A DNA stretch of 64,000 nucleotides. Source: a virus (lineage: Duplodnaviria > Caudoviricetes). The position numbers and the translations under genes were made by a program. Positions 57,073-64,000 of this stretch are shown here, in pieces. The notes beneath the pieces are model-generated. The model did not search any database. It was not told where the DNA came from and saw only the letters and a list, made by a program, of their open reading frames with translations. The DNA is taken from IMG/VR virus record IMGVR_UViG_3300009684_000032, positions 95-64,094 of that record; one strand, given 5' to 3'. Position 1 is the stretch's first letter; every line of letters begins with the position of its first letter.

Positions 57073-58196
57073 ATTGACCTGCTTTTAGGTATTTTACTAT
57101 CGGCAGAACTAACACATGCATTGGATATGCATGGCATTGGTCTGTCAAACAGTTTAAAACCAGTTTCTATATAACCCAACGGTTTATCACTACAGCTATA
57201 GCTGCGTTTAATAGCACCATCCGGTTCCCGTATTATAATACTTCTATAACCGCTTTCGCAATTCCACCCTTTAAATTGATTAAAATTAAAAGCATTAAAT
57301 CGTTCTGCTTGATCCATATACCATTTTTTGCCAGTATTATCTTCAAACTCTACTTGCATAATTTGCGGAACCGTGGCATCATCCCCGTTAGTTATGCTCA
57401 TCATTTGCATACCAACGTTCGGCTTAGGACGAGTTACAATACTTTTTACAGAGGTAAAATCACGCTGCGGCATACCGTTGTGCAGCACCGACAATTGCGC
57501 AGTAGTATACCCTTCTACTATACGGCTAGCAGTAGGGTCGCTTTGAGGCTTCAATGTTACATTTATACCCCTACTCAAGAAATATTCTGCTTCTTCGTAT
57601 AGTGTATCAAACCACTCAGGAACCATCACTGTATTAACAGTTACTTGCACAGCATTCTCTTGCAAGTATACCAGCTTGTCTGCAAACTTTTCAGTGTGTC
57701 CTTTAAGATCGCCTTGCTTGATACCTTGCTCACGATGCCAACTAGCAGTTACACTTACCCTATGTAAATCACGTGTTACATTTACATATTTTTCAAACCA
57801 AAGTAGATTTTGACTAATATTGCTAGTCATATGAACACTTTGATAATTGCAATTCGCAGTATCTGCACTGTAATGTTCTAATAATCTAAGATAATCAGGA
57901 TAAACTGTTGGTTCGCCGCCACTAAAACTAAAGTGAAAACTGTTGAAATTGCGTTCGCGGCTTTGACGCTTAATCTCATCTACGGTTAACACATTTAGTT
58001 CATATGGTCTATAATCTTTAGTATCGCTACGAGCATACGGCCAACAGTAACTACATTTGTAGTTGCAAAAACGTCCAAGTAACCAGCTTACACAGAATAT
58101 ATCTCTATACAACAGTGTACGTTGACCGAAGCGTGTTATATCATCAAATGGTATTTTTGTGAAGTCGTATTGACTCCATTCTATTTTATTATCCAT
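57069..58196 (-). CDS. Radical SAM enzyme with C-terminal SPASM/twitch-like Cys
   Basis: CNYKCSYC, SGGEPT, TSN; CESG...SC...PC...C. Confidence 0.9.
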   Translation of the reverse strand: MDNKIEWSQYDFTKIPFDDITRFGQRTLLYRDIFCVSWLLGRFCNYKCSYCWPYARSDTKDYRPYELNVLTVDEIKRQSRERNFNSFHFSFSGGEPTVYPDYLRLLEHYSADTANCNYQSVHMTSNISQNLLWFEKYVNVTRDLHRVSVTASWHREQGIKQGDLKGHTEKFADKLVYLQENAVQVTVNTVMVPEWFDTLYEEAEYFLSRGINVTLKPQSDPTASRIVEGYTTAQLSVLHNGMPQRDFTSVKSIVTRPKPNVGMQMMSITNGDDATVPQIMQVEFEDNTGKKWYMDQAERFNAFNFNQFKGWNCESGYRSIIIREPDGAIKRSYSCSDKPLGYIETGFKLFDRPMPCISNACVSSADSKIPKSRSI

Positions 58197-58219
58197 AAAA
58201 CCAACTAACTAGTGAAAAT

Positions 58220-58936
58220 TTATAACTTTCCAAATGCATATAACCGTTCTAGACAAAAATAGCATGTACCACAATGTGCAGGGTCTGTATACTGTGCTTG
58301 CATATCATTTTCGCAAGACCAAGTATACGGATACAACTCGTCTAATACATTATAATCGTTATATATGCCATACACAACTCTTTTATCGTGTTCTGCAAAT
58401 GGCAAATACAGTGCAGTATTGCCTATATTAGAAATAGTAGGCGCAGTAGCGACATCGCGAGATATATCGCGTGTTTCTAAAGATTTTAAACATGCAATTT
58501 TGTCTACATCGTCTGACATAGCTGCTATCATTTGCATCATGTCATATTCAGGACAGTTGACCGACATACCTGCATATCTTGCGTCAATCTCAAGTTCATC
58601 AAACACAACAGCTTCTAAATCTTCTTGCCCTTTGGTATATTCATAGGAATTGATATCCCATGCATTTTGTGCATTATGACTGTCGTGGAATAGTGTATAG
58701 TGTTGAGTAGCCATCCTGCCCGTTAACCTGTTTACTATACGAATAACATCTTGTGCTTTACATATTGCATGCGGCCGCAATGGGCTAGCCATAGTATATG
58801 GATATATGTTAACAGATGCATCGTTTTTATAAAATTCACATATAGCATGATATATAATTGCACTATCCGGACCACCAGATAGTCTTACTGCTATATTGCG
58901 ATGATGACGGTCGAGTGGTATTACAGTATCTATCAC
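58220..58936 (-). CDS. QueC-like PP-loop ATPase (second paralogue)
   Basis: SGGPDSA; TWSC...HCGTCYFCLER. Confidence 0.8.
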   Translation of the reverse strand: MIDTVIPLDRHHRNIAVRLSGGPDSAIIYHAICEFYKNDASVNIYPYTMASPLRPHAICKAQDVIRIVNRLTGRMATQHYTLFHDSHNAQNAWDINSYEYTKGQEDLEAVVFDELEIDARYAGMSVNCPEYDMMQMIAAMSDDVDKIACLKSLETRDISRDVATAPTISNIGNTALYLPFAEHDKRVVYGIYNDYNVLDELYPYTWSCENDMQAQYTDPAHCGTCYFCLERLYAFGKL

Positions 58937-60441
58937 AACTCTGTCCTATAATCTTTATCTGTTAGCACATTATCGTAGCGACGTAATTCTTTATCAATCA
59001 TCCATCCAGAATTTGTTTTATTATTCAGCTGTTGAATAAGTTCATTTATTTCTTTAAAACGTCTTGCACGTACTGCGAGTGTATTGCCTTTATAATCCCA
59101 TTCGAATGCATTTTTAAAATTGGTTATGTCGTCTTTTACAAGATCCCACAACAAATGATCGTCTGACAACATTAATGTATTACCAAAACTTAAATATAAT
59201 AATGTGTCACCGTTTTTGTTTGTTGCATCTGCATAACCCAAATTATACAATCGCCGTATAGTGTTTAACGTATGCTGATGGTCATCTTCAGTTTCAGTAG
59301 GGTAACCTACTATCATTAATAATGTATGTTTAATCTGGTACTTGCGCAGCATATCAAAACACCACCACATATCGTCGTCTGTGAATTTTTTACCCATGTG
59401 ATATCTCACATGTTGGCTAAAAGACTCAATGCCTATATCAAGCTCTGCACAACCACTATCTGCCATTAACTGATAATCTGTCTCCGGCGATTGTGATTTA
59501 GATCTAACTATCCATTGACTCGCCCATTGGAAATTATTATCAGTTTTATGATAGTCTGCCAGTTCTGTTAATAATGATCTAAAAGATTTCATACTGCCGT
59601 TTATTAAACTGTCTGTAAATTTAAAGAATTGACGATTATATTGTTGTCTAACTGCAATAATTTCGTCTGCTATATGACGACCTGATCTAAATCTATATTC
59701 AGGCCACAGTTGATATACATTACAGAATGTGCAGCGTTTTACACAGCCTCTGCTACCAGTTATATAAACAGGATTGGTATAATCTATAGTCTTATATTCA
59801 TCCCATTTGATATCATCGTAATTTGGAAGCATTACTGTGTTTAAATCGAGAACTTGATTTGGATTCAACGAATCTATACCGTTAGATGTCAAGTTACCTT
59901 TTAACAATTCAACTATACTAAATTCACCGTCGCCGGAAATATAATGATCAAGTATACCTATGTCTTTAAATTTCTGTATACCATTTGCTATTTGAGCACC
60001 TCCCCATACAATTTTAGTATTAGGTAAATGTTCTCTTATTAATATACTGAGTTGTATTGCAACAGAATTACTGTACATAGATAAAATACTTAAACCTATC
60101 CACGTTGGATTTCGAATCTTAAAGTCTTCTATCCATTCCATGAATATATGACGATTTTCTTCATAAAAATCTATAAAATCTTGACTAAAATAAATCAGAT
60201 TTCGTTCTACATCTAGATCATTATGATGTGTACTAAAAAGACTGTCGTGCTCAAAAAAATAATAATCATGTTTGTTGATAGATTTTAAGCTATTATACAA
60301 TCTAATATTTAGATCCATCACTTCGCAACTAAAACCTGCATACATTAAATGCGATTTCAATACAGCTGGTCCAACAGTGGGAGCATCAGGGTTTATTTTA
60401 GGTATTATACAAATAATAATATCTGTCATTGCTACATCCAT
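58933..60441 (-). CDS. Cobalamin-binding radical SAM enzyme (paralogue of 5716-7179)
   Basis: IIPKINPDAPTVGPAVLKSH, SRGCVKRCTFC, IVGYPTETE. Confidence 0.9.
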   Translation of the reverse strand: MDVAMTDIIICIIPKINPDAPTVGPAVLKSHLMYAGFSCEVMDLNIRLYNSLKSINKHDYYFFEHDSLFSTHHNDLDVERNLIYFSQDFIDFYEENRHIFMEWIEDFKIRNPTWIGLSILSMYSNSVAIQLSILIREHLPNTKIVWGGAQIANGIQKFKDIGILDHYISGDGEFSIVELLKGNLTSNGIDSLNPNQVLDLNTVMLPNYDDIKWDEYKTIDYTNPVYITGSRGCVKRCTFCNVYQLWPEYRFRSGRHIADEIIAVRQQYNRQFFKFTDSLINGSMKSFRSLLTELADYHKTDNNFQWASQWIVRSKSQSPETDYQLMADSGCAELDIGIESFSQHVRYHMGKKFTDDDMWWCFDMLRKYQIKHTLLMIVGYPTETEDDHQHTLNTIRRLYNLGYADATNKNGDTLLYLSFGNTLMLSDDHLLWDLVKDDITNFKNAFEWDYKGNTLAVRARRFKEINELIQQLNNKTNSGWMIDKELRRYDNVLTDKDYRTEL

Positions 60442-61151
60442 TATACAATCCCACGAGGCGTTATGAGCAACTGCTCTACCGTACCTTCAAAATTAATATG
60501 CATACCCATTTTCCATGCACCTACAAGTTTACCAGTGCAATGTAAATTGTTGGCATTGAACAATATCATATTGCCGGGTTTGAATTCGTATGCAGTACCT
60601 GTTAACCCTTTAAAGTGACTGGGTTTATGCTGTGGATAAGCGAGGTATTTGCCGTAAAATTCCGGATCTATGTCGTAGTCGGTTTTATCATATACTCTGG
60701 GATCGTTATAGGGTGTTAAATTGGTTTTTTTGTTAAAATCGAAATCGTAATTGGCAATGGTATCTACTCTGTCACCATACCATGTTTGTCCAAATCCGTT
60801 ATCTACCCATTGATCAAATACCACAAAATGCTGCGGAGCAACAGGTTCGTGTAGATATATTGGCAACAAACAGTTTATCAATTGATACGGCTCGCCAGAA
60901 TCAACATGTGTTGTATAAAGATTGGAATGTTTGTATATATTGCCACCCTGTCCTTTATTAGTAACAAAGTACTTTGAAAAAATAGGATTTAACACATCTC
61001 CCAAATGTGTCCACGGCGAATTGATCTTTATCACATCAGGGTTGTTGGGTTTGCGCACATATAATGAATTATGCGTATCAAAGAAATTCTTAATATACTC
61101 GCACACATCCAATGGTATTGCATCTTCAACTACCATATGTCGTAATGTCAT
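60441..61151 (-). CDS. 2OG-Fe(II) oxygenase-like protein
   Basis: THVDS...LLPI...GNMILFN..NLHCT. Confidence 0.65.
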   Translation of the reverse strand: MTLRHMVVEDAIPLDVCEYIKNFFDTHNSLYVRKPNNPDVIKINSPWTHLGDVLNPIFSKYFVTNKGQGGNIYKHSNLYTTHVDSGEPYQLINCLLPIYLHEPVAPQHFVVFDQWVDNGFGQTWYGDRVDTIANYDFDFNKKTNLTPYNDPRVYDKTDYDIDPEFYGKYLAYPQHKPSHFKGLTGTAYEFKPGNMILFNANNLHCTGKLVGAWKMGMHINFEGTVEQLLITPRGIV

Positions 61152-61172
61152 GTTATGCTCCTGTATACAGTG

Positions 61173-62315
61173 TTAATTAGCTAGAGATGTTAAAAATTTA
61201 TGCAACGCAGGATTATAATCTTCTAATCGTGTGTTGTAAAATTCGTCTAGCTGTTTAGTATAGTATACAAAATCTTGCCAATGTTTAGCATTATATTCGT
61301 TGACTTTTAAGAAATTAGTTACGAGTGTATGTGCCCATTGATTACCAGCATTACATTCTAAAATCCAGTCCACATACGCAGCAGGTGCATATAACAGTGA
61401 CAAGCTATAAGGGTATCTTACAAAGTCAACACTCATATGATATCCGTTGTCTACCACAAGAGTATTAACTGTGGATGCAAAATCATTGGCTGTCAACAAC
61501 GACACTACAGTGTGAAAGGATGTTATAACATTATCAAATATTTCACTGTAGAGTTTGGTATTGGCAAATATTTCCAAATACGAGCTACCGTACCGTTGAT
61601 AATCATTGGCTTTACTATAGCTGTCAAGGCTTACATGAATGTCCAGAGTTTGAAACTTATTGAGTTTATGTATAAGTTCCTGCGATGGTACAACTGTGCC
61701 ATTTGTAGCAATTTCAATTGTAATTTTAGACGGATCTGCTCTGTCTATTAGATAGTCTATGAATTTTACAAAGTTGGGAGTCATAAATGGTTCACCTCCC
61801 AATACCTTAACCAATTCCAAATCTGTCAAGTCTGTATTATCGTATTTTCTAAAATTAGGTTCTAGTTTTTTATGAACTGGTTCTCCTAGAAATCTATCTC
61901 TATTAACAAGCTTGGTACTGAATTTGCTATCACACATTTTGCATTGTAGATTACAAATATTGTCTATAGACATTTCTATATAACGTAATTTGTCAAATTG
62001 ATCAGTGCAGTTTGCTTGCTGTATATTTGGAAATCTACTATTGATATATGTACGCAACGAACTGGCATTGTTGGCACCCTCTTGATCATAACATTTTGTG
62101 CAGCCGGGTGATTTAATACCGGCTAGCATATTTGAACGTAGCATAGTTAAGCTGGCAGTATTCATTACTGCAATACCCTGTGCTTCAAGATCATCTAATG
62201 CGATGTCAATACGTGTGTCATCTTTGGTATTTTGAAATCTGCAACAGGGTTTCAAACTGTTATCTGGTCGGACACACTGATGTATCCAAGGCAATACACA
62301 CCATGTGTCTGTCAT
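61173..62315 (-). CDS. Radical SAM enzyme with an N-terminal twitch/SPASM-like domain
   Basis: WCVLPW, PCC, GCTKCY, NICNLQCKMC, GGEPF, TNGT; start moved to MTDTWC. Confidence 0.88.
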   Translation of the reverse strand: MTDTWCVLPWIHQCVRPDNSLKPCCRFQNTKDDTRIDIALDDLEAQGIAVMNTASLTMLRSNMLAGIKSPGCTKCYDQEGANNASSLRTYINSRFPNIQQANCTDQFDKLRYIEMSIDNICNLQCKMCDSKFSTKLVNRDRFLGEPVHKKLEPNFRKYDNTDLTDLELVKVLGGEPFMTPNFVKFIDYLIDRADPSKITIEIATNGTVVPSQELIHKLNKFQTLDIHVSLDSYSKANDYQRYGSSYLEIFANTKLYSEIFDNVITSFHTVVSLLTANDFASTVNTLVVDNGYHMSVDFVRYPYSLSLLYAPAAYVDWILECNAGNQWAHTLVTNFLKVNEYNAKHWQDFVYYTKQLDEFYNTRLEDYNPALHKFLTSLAN

Positions 62316-62317
62316 TG

Positions 62318-63445
62318 TTAACTTATCCCACGGTCTACATCTATAGAACCGAACCCAATGATAGATTGTTTGTATTCTGTAGATACTGATGGTAACTCGT
62401 TGCTCTGTAAGAACCACGATGAACTATGCCATCTTGCAGTATCAAATACCATCATAGTGTTACATCTCCATTCGTAAACACTATGTACATTCAAACATGC
62501 ATATTCCTTACAGTACTGAGTATTTACAGGATTATAACGTAACACCTCGTCATCATACCACCAGTCCCGTATATCATCCGGTCTGTACTTAAACACTTCG
62601 TCGTTATCCATATATCGCATTTCACCTTTGCGATAAATCAGCTTACGTGGTACATCGCTTACACAGTCATAGTTAACAGTATATGGTTGCTTGCATGTCC
62701 ATTCCAACGGTATAATGACACCTATTACAATATGACAATCATGAGTAATAAAATTGTTGTCTACTACTCGCCAAGTATTGGGCAATGACACATAGTCGGT
62801 ATGCAATCCTGCAGGTTCACCCGATTTGAAATATTCAAAATTCCAATCCATTTTTATGTTAAGATAGTTATTAACATATGCAGACAAGTATGTCTTGGTG
62901 TCAGCAGGCACGGACACAAACTTATTATGTCCCAACGATCCACTTATTTTAACATTTGCAGATTCCAGTGCTGACGTAGCATCCACACGATATTTAAGTA
63001 TGTCTAAATCTATATTATTACTGCCATACTGTATCACATTGTTTTTTAATGCCACACACTGTTTGACTTCATCTAATTTAAAAAAGTTCAAATTCTTAAC
63101 AGCCTGTTTAATAACAGATGCATGAATGGTATGACGTATATTACGTGCAATTAATATACCAGAATGAGAAAGAAACTGTTTAACATGTTTATACAATGCA
63201 TGCCAATCAACAGGTTCTTCTGTTACACCAATAGTAATGATATCATACTTTTTATGACTAGACATTTTTACAGCGTCGGGTGCATAAACTTCTCTATATG
63301 ACCACTCTGGGAACTGTTGCTTTACAGTATCTATCAGCTGACAGTCAGCTTCTCCTATTTCTAACAACGACCCATGCTGACCAAACTGCGTCATTTGATC
63401 AACTATTAACTGCATTTCCTCTGGAAATATCCAACCTTTTGTCAT
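62318..63445 (-). CDS. Fusion of a degenerate methyltransferase-like domain and a 2OG-oxygenase-like domain
   Basis: LLEIG...YDII...GILI at the N-terminus; LHTD...IIPL...MVFD..RWHSS at the C-terminus. Confidence 0.6.
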   Translation of the reverse strand: MTKGWIFPEEMQLIVDQMTQFGQHGSLLEIGEADCQLIDTVKQQFPEWSYREVYAPDAVKMSSHKKYDIITIGVTEEPVDWHALYKHVKQFLSHSGILIARNIRHTIHASVIKQAVKNLNFFKLDEVKQCVALKNNVIQYGSNNIDLDILKYRVDATSALESANVKISGSLGHNKFVSVPADTKTYLSAYVNNYLNIKMDWNFEYFKSGEPAGLHTDYVSLPNTWRVVDNNFITHDCHIVIGVIIPLEWTCKQPYTVNYDCVSDVPRKLIYRKGEMRYMDNDEVFKYRPDDIRDWWYDDEVLRYNPVNTQYCKEYACLNVHSVYEWRCNTMMVFDTARWHSSSWFLQSNELPSVSTEYKQSIIGFGSIDVDRGIS

Positions 63446-64000
63446 CTTCGTTCTACTTTTTCAATCTCATTTAAACCCAAATCTGTTCCACGAGCATCAA
63501 ATACCCCTTCTATTAAAAAGCGCAGTGGTGTGCGTATCCCATATTGTACAGGATTATCTGTAGAATTTCTTAATAATCCAACATGTATACTATTGCCTTC
63601 TTCTAACCCAAAGTCTTTACACACTTTACTGTATAAGTCGCTATAATTGTTCCACCAGTAGTCTGGACCAAAATGACGCATCATCTCAGTACCTATCCAC
63701 ATATCACTTACATTACAATATTCAAAGTCATTCATTATGGCAATGGGACCATTAACACGCTCACGACTATAGCGTATACCTATACGTTGACTACCCATAC
63801 CAAATGCTTTGCTAAGACTAACACTAACACTGGCTATAGCAGGATGTGTTACATCTAATTCAAAGTTCCTGCATTGTCCAAACCATGCACCGTCTATATG
63901 TACGGGTATTTTACGATGCTGGCAGTGATCCAATAACAGATCAAAATCGTCTACATATCCAGTGGTAATGCAACTAGGATAACTTGCCACAACCACGTCA
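63442..64000 (-). CDS. PLP-dependent aminotransferase-like enzyme (5' end outside the window)
   Basis: IDGAW, SLSKAFGMGSQRIG; paralogous pattern to 52143-52922. Confidence 0.75.
   Translation of the reverse strand, partial: DVVVASYPSCITTGYVDDFDLLLDHCQHRKIPVHIDGAWFGQCRNFELDVTHPAIASVSVSLSKAFGMGSQRIGIRYSRERVNGPIAIMNDFEYCNVSDMWIGTEMMRHFGPDYWWNNYSDLYSKVCKDFGLEEGNSIHVGLLRNSTDNPVQYGIRTPLRFLIEGVFDARGTDLGLNEIEKVERR

Noticed and set aside
56437-58936. Canonical 7-deazaguanine DNA modification locus
   Set aside because: The QueC-like proteins are atypical and folE, queD and dpdA are not visible; cannot be excluded outside the window
47592-64000. RiPP cluster with a precursor peptide
   Set aside because: No convincing leader/core peptide, peptidase or transporter; the only tiny ORF is better explained as a deletion scar

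Overview
This window is part of a large T4-superfamily-like (jumbo) myophage genome, densely coding and mostly on the - strand in the standard genetic code. Bases 1-47.5 kb hold core genes: class Ia nrdA, a PD-(D/E)XK exonuclease, gp41-like helicase, gp61-like primase, a miniature DnaE-like C-family polymerase, clamp-loader small subunit, UvsW/UvsX/UvsY, gp32 SSB, GroES/GroEL, IscA, large terminase, gp4, tail tube, baseplate/fibre proteins and several large modular head or internal proteins. Expression signals are T4-late-like (T/A/C)TAAATA boxes plus sigma70-like promoters, several of which would give leaderless mRNAs. From 47.6 kb to the window end is an AT-rich biosynthetic island: four radical SAM enzymes (one B12-dependent, with a paralogue at 5.7-7.2 kb), four 2OG-Fe(II)-like oxygenases, two QueC-like PP-loop ATPases, a benzoate-CoA-ligase-like enzyme, an atypical thiolase, two PLP enzymes, a methyltransferase, a GNAT-like protein, an SDR and a putative glycosyltransferase. 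Best candidates for undescribed biology: (1) that island; (2) a late-expressed YafQ/RelE-like RNase with a capsid-targeting-like leader next to an antitoxin-like gene; (3) protease-site-delimited cargo modules inside head proteins, including a HiPIP-like Fe-S module; (4) the 214-aa DnaE. All calls come from motif recognition by eye; no database searches were run.
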